The notes below the pieces were generated by a model. It made no database searches and was not told where the DNA came from. It worked only from the letters and a program-made list of their open reading frames with translations. From Felis catus (Eukaryota), in NCBI RefSeq assembly GCF_018350175.1, contig NC_058373.1:116376001-116440000 (forward strand): 64,000 nt of DNA. The letters run 5' to 3'. Made by a program: the position numbers and the translations under genes. How positions within the stretch are numbered: the stretch's first letter is position 1; the number at the start of each line of letters is the position of its first letter. This document shows, one piece after another, positions 26,298 through 37,890 of this stretch.

Positions 26298-26376
26298 GGC
26301 TGGGGGGTCGTGGATCAAAATGAAGGACCACACAAATCTGGGAACACAAAAACAGTCCTCCAAATCTTATGTGACA

Positions 26377-26428
26377 TAAGGTCTTACAGGTCTTATAGGT
26401 CTCATAAGACCTTATAGGTCTTATAGGA
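26377..26428. repeat. Short 9-bp tandem repeat (ATAGGTCTT)n, about 5-6 imperfect copies
   Basis: ataaggtcttacaggtcttataggtctcataagaccttataggtcttatagga. Confidence 0.85.
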
Positions 26429-26483
26429 CCCCGGTCATATAGAGCGGCTAAATCTTATACAATGTGTTTGTTTGTTTATCTTA

Positions 26484-26705
26484 ATTTTTTTAATGTTTAT
26501 TTATTTTTGAGAGAGAGAGCGAGAAAGAGAGAGAGAGAAAGAGAGCACACACAAGCAGGGGAGGGGGTGAGAGGAGGCACAGACGATCCGAAACAGGCTC
26601 TGCCCTGACGGCAGAGAGCTGGATGTGGGGCTCGAACCCACCAATTGTGAGCTCATGACCTGAGTTGAGGTCGGTTAAGGACCGACTGAGCCACCCAGGC
26701 GTCCC
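26484..26705 (-). mobile_element. CAN-SINE
   Basis: Antisense head gagccacccaggcgtccc, (GA)n, T-tail. Confidence 0.93.
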
Positions 26706-26924
26706 TACGATGTTTTCAAAGGGGACAAGCACACGTGTTCCCCTCTCCAACTAACAGTGAGGTGTTCTGTAAACCCTGCTGATTGTCAGAGTCTGGTTTG
26801 CAACCCTCTCAGGAGCTTCCTGGGTGTGTGATCTGAAATGAATCCCTATACTCAGAGGACAGAGAGAGACCCAAGAGAGGGGCAGGCCATTCCGGGTTAG
26901 TAGGTGGACATTTTGTCTGTTTGT

Positions 26925-27137
26925 CTTTAAATTTTTTTAATGTTTATTTTTGAGAGAGAGAGAGAGAGAGGCAGAGCAGGGGAGGGGCAGAGAGAGAGGG
27001 AGACACAGAATCCGAAGCAGGCTCCAGGCTCTGAACTGTCAGCACAGAGCCCGACGCGGGGCTCGAACTCATGAACTGTGAGATCATGACCTGAGTCGAA
27101 GTTGGACACATAACCAACTGAGCCACCCAGGTATCCC
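26925..27137 (-). mobile_element. CAN-SINE inserted in the tail of the next SINE
   Basis: Complete antisense copy. Confidence 0.93.
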
Positions 27138-27139
27138 TC

Positions 27140-27341
27140 TTTGTTTGTTTTTAAAGTTTATTTATTCTTTTTTGAGAGAGTGCACACATGAGCAGGGAAG
27201 GGGCAGAGAGAGAGAATCCCAAGCAGGCTCTGTGCTGTGAGAACACAGCCTGATGCAGGGCTTGATCCCACAAACTGTGAGATCATGACCTGAGCTGGAA
27301 TCAAAAGTCAGCCTCTTAACCAACTGAGCCACCCAGGCACC
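27140..27341 (-). mobile_element. CAN-SINE (older)
   Basis: Antisense copy ending gagccacccaggcacc. Confidence 0.9.
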
Positions 27342-29048
27342 ACTAGGGGGCCATTTTAATAAGCAAAAGGAACTTACATATGAGGCTTATCTTAGGCTGC
27401 AGTAAGATGAGTAGATCCCTGCACACCCCCAAATCTTAAAAGCTTATATAGAGACCTTAACTGGATTCAGTCATGTGCACCATGCAGGTGTTCTCAGCAC
27501 ATCAGCATCTCAAGGCCATGTTCTTGGAGCAGCCGCTGGGAGCAGGGAAGGCAAGTGGAGTCCACATTCTAAGGACAGGGGACAGGTCTCTGAGTACCCA
27601 GGTTCAGCTCATAGGTCAACTGTGGTCATGTCCTCTCAATGACCTTCCCCAACACAGATGCAGGGATGACCCATCCGTTTGAGGGTAGAAAGTATAGAAT
27701 GGAAAAAAAACTGAATATTCCTGAGACCAGGACCAAGGACCAGGACCAAGATGTTTGCTCTTGATAATTTTTTATTGGCAACCTTTTCTTCCCTTGAGTC
27801 ACAGACCATCATTTTCTTTTGTGTTTCTTCCCTTTTTTTTTTTTTTAGGAATAAAAATTCTTTGAGTGCCTACTATGTGTGATAACATCTTTCGTATGTT
27901 TTCTTTTATCCTCACATCAACACTCCAAGTTGGGTATGACTGAGGGATTGCATTTGAGGAAACTGAACCTAAGAGAAATTGGGTAATCTTAGGAGTGTAG
28001 AGTTCCAAGTTCTGAGCCCATTGTGTAGAACACAAGAAAGCGATGCCCCAGACAGCTGAGGGGACCGAAGAGAGCTTGACCTGGACTCCATGTAATGATC
28101 ACAGGATCGTCAATTATCAGAGTTGGAAGGGGACTCAGAGAACCCCCGTCCAAATACCCATTTTGGACCCATCAATACCCATTGATGAACCTCTGAAGTC
28201 AGTGCAAACTATTTGCCCTGATTGATAGCAAGTCAGTACTGGGGGGAAGGAGATGGGGTGCGGCAGTTATGTGTAATAATTTATGTTAAATACACCATTT
28301 GGTTGAGTTCTGGGGTGGAGTCCCAGTCAACTGTCCAACCCAATGTAATTCCAAAATACTCAAGATATTTACTTGTATTTTTCTAACCCGGTAAAGCTAT
28401 GGTTCCCAGATTCTATGGTCTCTCTTCAAAATCCTTGGGAAACTTTCTCAACCACCTCCAGACCTTCCTAATTCTACTCCTGTTCTTTTTATCCCCCCCC
28501 CCCCCCGCATCCTATCAGACTTTTATGAGGTACACTGACACACTTTCCCAGTAAATTTTTCCTTGCCTCCCCCATGCCTTTAATTCACTCCCTTTTGCCC
28601 ATTATAAGTGGTCTTCCTTGCCCAAGAATACCATTTTGTCTGGGCAGTTTCTTTCTTTGGAGGGCTGGGGGCAGGAGAAGGAGAGGGAATGAAAGCTCTG
28701 GCTGACAGCCTGCTGGAGTGTGCCGAGTCGGGCACACCCTAGGAACATCCACGTTAAGGATTCCCATCCCATCTCATTACAAAGTGCAAACACAACATGT
28801 GACCAGGAAAGTCTGCACAAAGTCAGCTGCACCTTGCTGCGGCAGGCAGGCAGTGGCCAACCCAATGTCCATTCCTTCACCCCCTTCCCCTGCTAATACA
28901 ACCCTGATTTGATTTAACAAGTTGAACAGATTCAGGTGATAAAACATGATTCGTCTAAGCCAGCCATGACTCTCCTGCTCCCTTTTACAGGCTAATTGAT
29001 ATATCAATCTCCCTTGGTGGCCAATGAGATCTGTTTGGCCAAGGACAC

Positions 29049-29554
29049 TGTGGTGTGGTGCAGAATAATGACCTCCCAAAGATGCCCACGTCCCAGTGTT
29101 TGGAACCTGAGAATATGTTAGATTACATGGCAAAGAGGAGTTAAAGTTGTAGATGGAATGAAGGCTGCTAATCAGCAGACCTATAGGGAGAGTATCCTGG
29201 GTTATCCAGATGCACCCAATGAAGTCGGAAGGGTCCTTAAATGCGGAAGAGGGAAGCAGAGTCAGCGTCAGTGTGATGCAGCATGAGAAAGCCTTGGCCA
29301 GGTATTGCCGGATTGGACATGGTAGCTTGCCACGAGTCAAGGAATGGGGGTAGCTTCTAGAAGCTGGAAAAGGCAAGGAAATGAATTCTCTCCTGGAGCC
29401 TCCAGAAGGAAGGTAATCCTGCCGGCACCTTTATTTTAGCCTGGTGAGACCCATTTCAGACTTGTGACTTCCAGAACTGGAAGAGAATAAATGTGTTCTT
29501 TTAAGCCACTACGTTGGTGGTAATAGTTGTTAGCAGCAATAGGAAACTAATACA
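29049..29554 (+). mobile_element. MLT1D-like solo LTR with 5-bp TSD GACAC, inside an older MaLR LTR (about 28900-29920)
   Basis: tgtgg..cagaataatgacctcccaaagatg...gcagcaataggaaactaataca; gacac at 29044-29048 and 29555-29559. Confidence 0.9.
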
Positions 29555-30783
29555 GACACATCGGGACACTCTGCTGTGGGGCTTCTGCCAAAGCTCTTGG
29601 TTTTCTGACAGAAGGAAAAACATGTCTGGTCCTACCCTGTCCTTCACTCTTCCTGCCTTGAAAACAGACACCATAGCAGGACCTGTGGTAGTCTTCCTGT
29701 GACTATTAGGTCACAGCATGCAGATGAAAAGCCACCTGTCAAGGATAATTGAGAGCAAGAAACAACGAACCTGGGGACTTCATTATATCGTGGAGTTACT
29801 AAAATAACTGTAGAACTGTGAGCTTTCAGACTGTTGTTATGTGAGACCACGAGTCCTGTGTGTTAAGCTTGTGGGTTGGGTCTCCTGTTAATTGTACGCC
29901 CATCAGAGTTCTTCCTGAACAGCAGATGAACAAAAGCCCTCAAGAGCGAAACTGTCATTTCCCAAGTACCTACTATTTATATGTTAAGCATTATAGAAAG
30001 TGTGTTACCTGCTTATCTCACTTATGTCCAGTAAGAAGAGCAGGTGGTTTAACTGGGAAGGGAGACAAGGGGGCAGAGGATATGGGCCATAAAGAGCCCA
30101 TTTGCAGCTCCCAAGCCTTAAGAAAAAGGGAAGCTGGCTCCTGCTCTTAGCCCCACCCCCTGGGAAAGCCTAATCCCTGTATTTGGAGTCTGGAAAGGAA
30201 GGAGGGCTTTTGGGCAATTCTCCCACCTGAGAAAGTGGCGGACTTCCCTGGGCAGTTGCTGAAATGTGGACTTCAGCCACCGGGCCACAGCTGGAGGCCG
30301 TGGACTGAGTTCTGGGGGACCTCCTGACACCCACCCACAGCCTCTTAAAATTTAGAGAAATAGGACTAGTATTTCTCTTTCAGCTTCTCCGAAGAATGGA
30401 AGGCAGGGAAGGAAAGAGAGAGGGAGGTCTTGTTCCCTCCAGGCTGGGTATGGAGCTGGGGTTCGGGATAGGGTCGGGGTGACTGAGGATTGCAGCTCCC
30501 AAGGCTGCCTCTGCAGTCGCTACCCTGTCACTTGGGTAGATGCCCAAGGGGAGCCCATTCACCCTTGTGTCCCTGGAGGGGGCAGGAAATTGCATGCAGA
30601 GACTGCCCCAGCACTAATGCTGGCCAGCAGCACCCTGAGTAATAGCAAACCACTCATTCTCCCTTGAGCCACTGCCAGCTGTGGGCACGGCTAACGGTCC
30701 CCAGTGTCCCTTCCTGCAAAGTGGAGTGAGTGTGGGCAGGAGAGGAATTGGACGATAAACTGAAAGTCCATTTAGTTAATACT

Positions 30784-31106
30784 GCGATATAGTGATTTAT
30801 AACAAGAAACGCGTATTTGGTCTTTGTCTCCATTTCTGGCACAAGAGCTTCTAACCCTTGGAATGTGCTATAATGAGAGCGATAAAGATTTCTCTTGCTA
30901 TGCTAATGAAGTAACTTTTGGACCACACCCAAAGATGGGAGCTGTTGCCTGCAGAACTAATCACATAATTGAAAGGTTGAATCTTTCGGTCCCAGCCCCT
31001 TGAACTGGGGAGGGAAGGAGGGAGAGACTAGAGGTTGAATCCATTATCAAAGGCCAACGATTTAATCAATCGTGCCTTTGTGATGAAGACTTCATAAAAA
31101 ATCAAG
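30784..31106 (+). mobile_element. MER21-like LTR 5' portion
   Basis: tatttggtctttgtctccatttctggcacaagagct..gccaacgatttaatcaatcgtgcct. Confidence 0.75.
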
Positions 31107-31113
31107 TGGAAGT

Positions 31114-31320
31114 GGGGTGCCTCGGTGGCTCAGTCCCTTAAGGGTCCGACTTCCTCTCAGGTCATGAGCTCATGGTTCATGGGTTTGAGCCCCGCATCCG
31201 GCTCTGTGCTGACAGCTCAGAGCCTGAAGCCTGCTTCAGATTCTGTGTCTTCCTGTCTCTCTTCCCCTCACCTGCTCATACTGTCTCTCTCTCTTTCAAA
31301 AATAAACATTAAAAAAATAA
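31114..31320 (+). mobile_element. CAN-SINE
   Basis: Head ggggtgcctcggtggctcag, A-tail. Confidence 0.93.
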
Positions 31321-31388
31321 TTTTAAATGCTTGAAATGGTTTTATGTTCTATTTTACCACAATTTTTCTTAAAGCATTGCACACTTCA

Positions 31389-31609
31389 GGGGCGCCTGGG
31401 TGGCCCAGTAGGTTGAGCGTCCGACTTTAGCTCAGGTCACGATCTCGCGGTCCGTGAGTTCAAGCCCTGCGTCGGGCTCTGGGCTGATGGCTCGGAGCCT
31501 GGAGCCTGCTTCTGATTCTGTGTCTCCCTCTCTCTCTGCCCCTCCCCCATTCATGCTCTGTCTCTCTTTGTCTCAAAAATAAATAAATGTGAAAAAAAAA
31601 TTAAAAAAA
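31389..31609 (+). mobile_element. Feline CAN-SINE with TSD aaagcattgcacacttca
   Basis: TSD at 31371-31388 and 31610-31627. Confidence 0.96.
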
Positions 31610-31899
31610 AAAGCATTGCACACTTCAGACACAAGCAGGTCTCCCGGTGGCGGCTCCCAACTGCTGTCCGATGCCCAAGGCTTGTGGGAATTTGTGGCCA
31701 CAGCTGTCTGTGGCCTCCTGAAGGAAAATAATGGAGAGAAACGAGGTGCTGGGTGCAAAAATCTGTGAAGCAAAGTGCATCCCCCAATTCCTTCCAAACT
31801 GCTGCGTTCTAATCCAGCAACGAGCACAAACTGAGCACCTACTACATATTCAGCCCTAGCCTCTTCCCCGAACTCTCATGCTTGTTCGTTCATTCACTG

Positions 31900-32940
31900 A
31901 GCAGATATGAGTCCCAGCTCTCTTCCACACACTATACATCAGTGAATGAAAGAGAAAGGAAAAAAATCCCTCCCCTCGTGAAGCTTGCATTGCAGTGGGA
32001 GACAGACGAGAATCAAAAAATAAGTTGCAAAAAAAAAAAAAATTGCATAGTGTGTTAGAAGGTATTAAGCGTTGGAAAAAAAATAGAGCAGGCACAGGAG
32101 ACTCAAGATGCTAGTTTAGGAGGCTCGCAATCCAGTGGTCGGGACAGGCCCGCTGAGAAGGTGACTTTTTTGGGTAACAGCTTTATTGAGATATAACCAC
32201 ATAGCACACACCCATGTAACATGCATGCGCTGAAAACTAGTTGTATATAGACTCGTGAACCCAAGGATCTCAATCGATTTTCCAACATTTCATCATTCCA
32301 GAAAGAAACCCTGTACCCATGAGCTGTCATTCCCAATTCCTCTCTTCCTCCAGCCCTAGGCAACCAATCTACTTTCTGTCTCTGTAGAGTTGGACGTTCT
32401 GAACCTTTCCTATAAATGGAACCACCCTCTATGTGGTCGTTTGTGTCTGGCCGCTTTCGTAATGTTTTTGAGGTTCATTCATATTGTAATGTGTATCGAC
32501 ACTTCATTCCTCTTGATGGCTCAAGAACGTTCCATTGTATGGACATACCACATTTTGTTTATCCATTCATCTGTTGATGGACGCTGGGGTTGGTTTCACC
32601 TTTTGGCGGCTGTGAACAGTGCTGCCATGAGCATTCGTGTCTGAGTTTTTGCATGAAGGAGGTGACTTAAGCTCAGATGCGAAGGAAATGAGGAAATTTA
32701 GCCATGCACAAAAATGTAGGGGCCCTACGGTGTAACCTGTGCGGTGTGTTTGAGGAAAAGCGAGGAGGCCTGTGGGAGGCAGAGAATGGAAAGAGATAAG
32801 GTCTGAGGGACATGGGTGGTCAACTCACGTGAGGCATTGCAAGCCACTGTAAAGATTTGGGCTTTTACTTGAGTAACACGAGAGCCATTGGAGGGTTTTG
32901 AGCCCAAAAGGGGCATGACCTGACTCGGTATGAATCCTCT
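31900..32940 (-). mobile_element. L2 3' region interrupted by an L1MB fragment (about 32170-32650)
   Basis: L2 motifs (gaaggtgact, gagccattggagggttttgagc) flank L1 3'UTR text. Confidence 0.75.
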
Positions 32941-33424
32941 ATTTTACCTGGAAGGGTTCTTGGAGGTGATGAAGAAGAAGAGGAAACACTGGCTAGGATA
33001 GGAGACGTGGGGAGCCCCTCAGAAGCCAGGAACACTGAATGAGCAGAGGAGGGGCTGCGATGCCTTAGACCCATTAGGCACTGGAGGGTTGACCTTGGGA
33101 GAGCAAGAGGCAGACTGAGCAGGATGGACAGGCTTCCATGTTTCCGTCCTCCTCTGACAAACACTGATTGTTCTTATCCAGAGCACTCCTCTGAGAGGCA
33201 CGCCCCTCCCCTGTCCTGAGGTGGGCAGGTGCTGTCACAGGCCAGGTGCTCCCCATCCTCTGTCATCTGCTCTCCCGCCCTCCAACGCCCACCCCCTCAG
33301 CTCGCAGTAACTCGGCCTTCCCCCAGTGACTCTACTCAAACAGCTGTTTTGGTTACCAGAGATCTTCTCAATTGCCTAAATGCCCCCTCTGGGGCTACCA
33401 AATCTCCTGGTCTACACCGTGGAG

Positions 33425-33573
33425 AGCTTTGCTAGTGAAGTTGGCACGTTGCCGGCCACGAGCAGCATCGACCTCAACCGGGAGCAGGTTAGAAATGCAG
33501 AATTCCAGGCCCAGCCCCAGCCCCACGGAATCAGTCGGCACCTTAGCAAGGGGCCCGGCTTTGAGAAGTACTG
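33425..33573 (+). mobile_element. MER5A-like (hAT-Charlie)
   Basis: agcagcatc..gttagaaatgcagaattccaggccc..tttgagaagtactg. Confidence 0.75.
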
Positions 33574-36093
33574 TTGTGGTTTTGTTTTGTTTTTTTTTTT
33601 TTTCCTGTCCATCTTTAGAAGCTTCTTCTTCCACTTTGTCAAAGTAAGGAGTGGGAGCTGCCATCCTGTACGTGATTTTACTCCCATGCCTCCGTGACTG
33701 GTAAGCAGCAGGCACAATTTGAACCCCAACCCTGGGTTTCCCTTCTCTGGTCTTGGGCTGGTAAGGCCACGTCCCAGTGGCGAAGAAGTCAGGATGGAAG
33801 AAAAAGAGCCCAAACACAGGGGGTAGATGTGGATGCTTATGGCTGATCTATCAGTTGGGATTTCTCAGTTGCAAGCAGCCTAGGTTTTCTGGCCAAAGAG
33901 AACTTATTTGAAGGATACCAGATTTTTACAGAATTGATGGAAGGTCTGAAGAGCCATGCCTGGAAATAGATGGGAAGCTGGGCCACTCCAAGGCCTCAGA
34001 CGCAGGATAGGCAAGGATGGCCTTGTGGTGGAACAGTTTACTCAGAATGCCCGAGAGGCGGGAATCCTACTCTCTGCCTTTTTTGTTTCATTCTCTTCGA
34101 GATTCAGGTTCCAGGGAGGGCTTGTAGCTTGGCCCAGCTAGAGGCACAGACCTGCTCGTTAGTTAGGGATGGGCCTGGCGGACTATATATATCATGGAAG
34201 AGTAAATGCCCCCAGAGGGAACCCGCGTGCCGGGAGGAAGGAGGCAGACTGGTAGACGCTCACAGAACAACCAAGGTCCCTTCAGTGGTATCGCTAGCAA
34301 GCACTGTTTGATTACGGAGCTCATCTTCCTGTTGTCCTTTCGTCTCTACAACCTCTGCTCTAGCAATTCTCTCCGACACCTCTTGCCAAATTGTCATTTT
34401 TGCCTTGAGGTTCCCTACATTGCTGCTGCTAATCAGCCAGATCAAGATAGTCTCAAAACCAGCCAATGGCTGCCCCCTGCCTGCAGAACAAAGTCCAAAT
34501 TTCTTGGTGCGCGTTAGGCGCGGGCCTTACCTGGCTTCCCATCCTTGCTTTTCATTTTGACTCCTCACCCTCTCCAAATACACCCACATGAGACCTGACA
34601 GCATTTCTGGACCCTGCCTTCCCACCCTGGGCCTGCCGTCTCACCGTGGCCGTTGCTGGAATTTCATTCCGCCCACCACCTCCCGGCCCATCACCTATGA
34701 TCTCCGCGTCCTGAAATCCTCCCCGCTGCCAGCACTTCACCTGGTGCTTTCGGTCAGTAGGCTCATCCCAGGCGCCCCAAATCCCTGTGAAACTGAGCCA
34801 TATATATAGGCCAGGGATCCATGGCTCACCTGGAAGGCTCAGGTACTCTGGGGCTGTTTGTAAGTGGATTCTACCCTTACCTGGTCTGCACTCTAGGCTC
34901 AGGGACACTGACCTGAGCCTCACACCCTGGTCCCACCGGGCTGGGGATCTGTATGTGCTCCTGCAGCACGGTGGTCCTGTGGGCCTCTGTTTGCCCTCCC
35001 CCCTGACTCAGCCTCCTAGTGTCCCTGCCTCCTGCCAGGATCTCAAATAAGAACTCTCTGCCTTGGCCCAGATGGAACTGTCGTTATGCATGGCATCCGT
35101 GCAGGCCACTTGGCTCATCCTCGGTTCCTACTTCCGGGAAGCCTTCCTTGGTTTCTCCAGTGCTAACTAATCTCGGGCTCTGCTCACTTAGCGGTTGGCA
35201 CAAGCCTCTGCTATGGTTCTTACTGCATTTGCCTCCTGGGAACCTCTGCCTGATCCTTTCCACCCCAAGGTCTTCCCAGGCAAGGCCTCTGTCTTCCAAA
35301 ACCTTGACACTGATCATCTTATAGAGTAGTCACTCCACTGGTATTTGCATGATGTCCTAGAATCTTTGCTGCAACTCCAGCAAGTTCAATGGCCAGCCAG
35401 ACCCCAAAGGGCCCTAGCCGTATACTTCACAACCTTCATCTTCCTCGTGCGGGAACCGAGACCCCACCTCAGGGCTGGGGCACCGTGTTTCTCAGCCTGA
35501 TTCCTCACGATAATATTTAAAGAAGCACATTTTCAGAAAAATAGGGGAAATTCTTCATCACGTGACCTTGCCTGATGCCCTTCTAGAGCATTCCACTTGG
35601 AATAAGAATTCATCCCTCTATTTCCTTTTTTTTTCAAAGTGCCTTCATGCATGTCAGATTACAGCTGGCCTTGAAGAAGGTGGAGCAGACCAGCCTTTAT
35701 CTTCACATGGAAGATGAAATAATGAAGGTTCTGAGAGGTGCAGTGATTTCCCAAGGCCACACAGCTATTAGTGGCAAAGACAGGACCAGTGCCTAGATCT
35801 GACTTTCATCTCTCACCTGTCTGAAATTCCATAGCCCACGATCACTTAGGAATTTTCATCTCCTTTGGAACTGTCTTTCATTAGATCCGTACTGGGAGTC
35901 CCTGAGTCCAACACTAGCCCTTCAACCTGATGACAGCCAGAGATTAGAGCCAAAGGTGGCTGTCACAGAGGTGACAGTTCTCTTTCCCTGCCCCTCCACC
36001 ATAGGAAACCAAGCTTGGCAAATCTTGACTTCTCTGTAGTGCCGTTTAGGTTACCAAATCTCTGCACATTCTACTTCTGAGGATCTGAGAGGA

Positions 36094-36463
36094 TGTCTTA
36101 GCTCAGGCTGCTATAACAAAATACCACGGCCAAGGTGGCTTATAAACAACAGCCATTAATCTCTCTCAATTCTGGAGGCTGGGAAGTCCAAGATCAAGGT
36201 GCTGGCAAATTTGGCTCCTGGTTGAGGACCCAGTCCTGGCTTGCAGACAGCTGGATGCCTTGCTGGGGCCTTCCATGGTAGCAAGAGAAAGCTCTGGTCT
36301 GTCTGCTTCTTTGGGCACTAATCCCATGATGGGGTCTCCACCCTCAGGACCTCGTCTCAACCTAATTACCCCCCGAAGGTCACGCCTTCTAATACCACCA
36401 CATGAAGGCTTAGGGCTTTCGCATATGAATTTGGGTGGTGGAGGACAGATTTGGTCCCTAACA
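36094..36463 (-). mobile_element. MLT1A-like solo LTR
   Basis: tgtcttagctcaggctgctataacaaaataccac..gggaagtccaagatcaaggtg..catatgaatttggg. Confidence 0.9.
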
Positions 36464-37042
36464 GGAGATGTCAGCTCTTGCATCCATAAGCTGCAGAGTG
36501 TAGAGCCTGCGTCTCTGTGCCTAAAGGATTTGGTGGAGTAAATGCTGCCGTCCAAGGGACAGAAAGTGGAGCCTGAAGTGCTGAGTGCTAATGCTGACGG
36601 CAGACATTGAAATAGGAGCACGGTGCCTTTAAGAAGGATGAGGGCACATCTCTGGGGTGGAGCCCGGCCCAGTTACCCAAGCGCTTGGAAGCTGCTAGGA
36701 CCTGCCCTTGTGGAGACCAGGCCTTGCGGTTCTGGTTTGCAGTCCAGGCACCGCTCGGGGCCCCGCTCCCCTGCTTCCCGGCTGCCACACGACTCAGCGT
36801 TGGCACCAGTGAGAGCCCTCCCACCCACACACCCACGAGCTCTCTGTGCCGTCTTTCCAAGCCCAGCGCTGACGGCTGTCATTTCCAAACTCTTCTCCAG
36901 GCCCTTCTTCTTCCTTTCAAGTTCAGGCCCTTCTCTTCTCTGTTTAAGATCAGCTTCCCCACATTTTCCCTTTCCTGCCGGTGCTGGGGGGAGCAGCTGA
37001 AAGTAAGGAAGAGAGCTGGTTTTCCAGGCTGACCTCCCCTGA

Positions 37043-37084
37043 TGAAGATGAGCTCCCCAGGCTGCTGGCTGAGCACCTGCTTTG

Positions 37085-37123
<39 letters not shown>

Positions 37124-37161
37124 GATGAGCTCCCCAGGCTGCTGGCTGAGCACCTGCTTTG

Positions 37162-37207
<46 letters not shown>
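37043..37207. repeat. Tandem duplication of a ~44-bp unique unit plus (GT)n
   Basis: tgaagatgagctccccaggctgctggctgagcacctgctttgaa(gt)n occurs twice, with identical unique parts. Confidence 0.95.
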
Positions 37208-37209
<2 letters not shown>

Positions 37210-37332
37210 TGAGCTGGAATCGATGGCTCTCTGGAAAGGAGCAAGGTGTCCAATGCCTGCAGTATTCCGGGTGCACACAGTAAGTGCTCAGCACAGCACC
37301 AACTGGCAAGGATTAAGAAACGCAGAGTAAAA

Positions 37333-37532
37333 GGGGCTCCTGGGGGGCTCAGCTGGTTGAGCATCCAACTCTTGGTTTCAGCTCATGTCACGATCTCACG
37401 GTTGTGACCCAGAGCCCCATGTCGGGCTTTGGGCTGAGCGTGGAGCCTTCTTAAAATTCTCTCTTTCTCTCCCTTGTTCGCATGCTCTCACTCTCTGAAA
37501 GGAAGACAAGAAAAAAGAAAGACAAGAGAAGA
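37333..37532 (+). mobile_element. CAN-SINE (older)
   Basis: Head ggggctcctggggggctcag; flanking gcagagtaa repeat. Confidence 0.85.
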
Positions 37533-37744
37533 AAAGCAGAGTAATGGAAGGAGGAGGACTGGCCTGGGGAGGGGAGACACCTGGCTTCTCTCTCCAACTC
37601 CACCTGTAGCTTGTTCACAGCCCCTCGGTGTCGCTAAGCAGCCTCACTCTGTAAGAGGCAAACAACCCCATCTCACCTGCTCCAGCTGACACAAGACCAA
37701 GTGAGAGGCGTGATGAGACCTGTTCTTCCAAGGACCAGGGGGCA

Positions 37745-37890
37745 GAATCAAGATGGGTGGAAGTTACAAGGAGGCAGATTTCAGATCACAATCAGGAAGA
37801 CATTTCCATTTACCAAAGTCCTTTCTACAGATTCCTAATCACCCAGAAAGCCTTCTCCCCTGGGAACTAGTCGAGCAGCAGACTGGTCAT
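37745..37890 (+). mobile_element. CR1/L3-like 3' fragment
   Basis: gggtggaagttacaaggaggcagatttcagatcacaatcaggaagacattt. Confidence 0.55.

Larger units (their letters stand above)
26763..27654 (-). mobile_element. ERV1-class solo LTR interrupted by two SINEs
   Basis: TG...CA ends (tgttctg / ccccaaca); LTR-like sequence on both sides of SINEs at about 26925-27341. Confidence 0.55.

Noticed and set aside
28777..29376. 199-aa ORF
   Set aside because: Mostly antisense to the MLT1D-like LTR
37043..37207. Repeat-spacer-like pattern (CRISPR?)
   Set aside because: Only two units, the spacers are (GT)n, the DNA is eukaryotic and there are no cas genes
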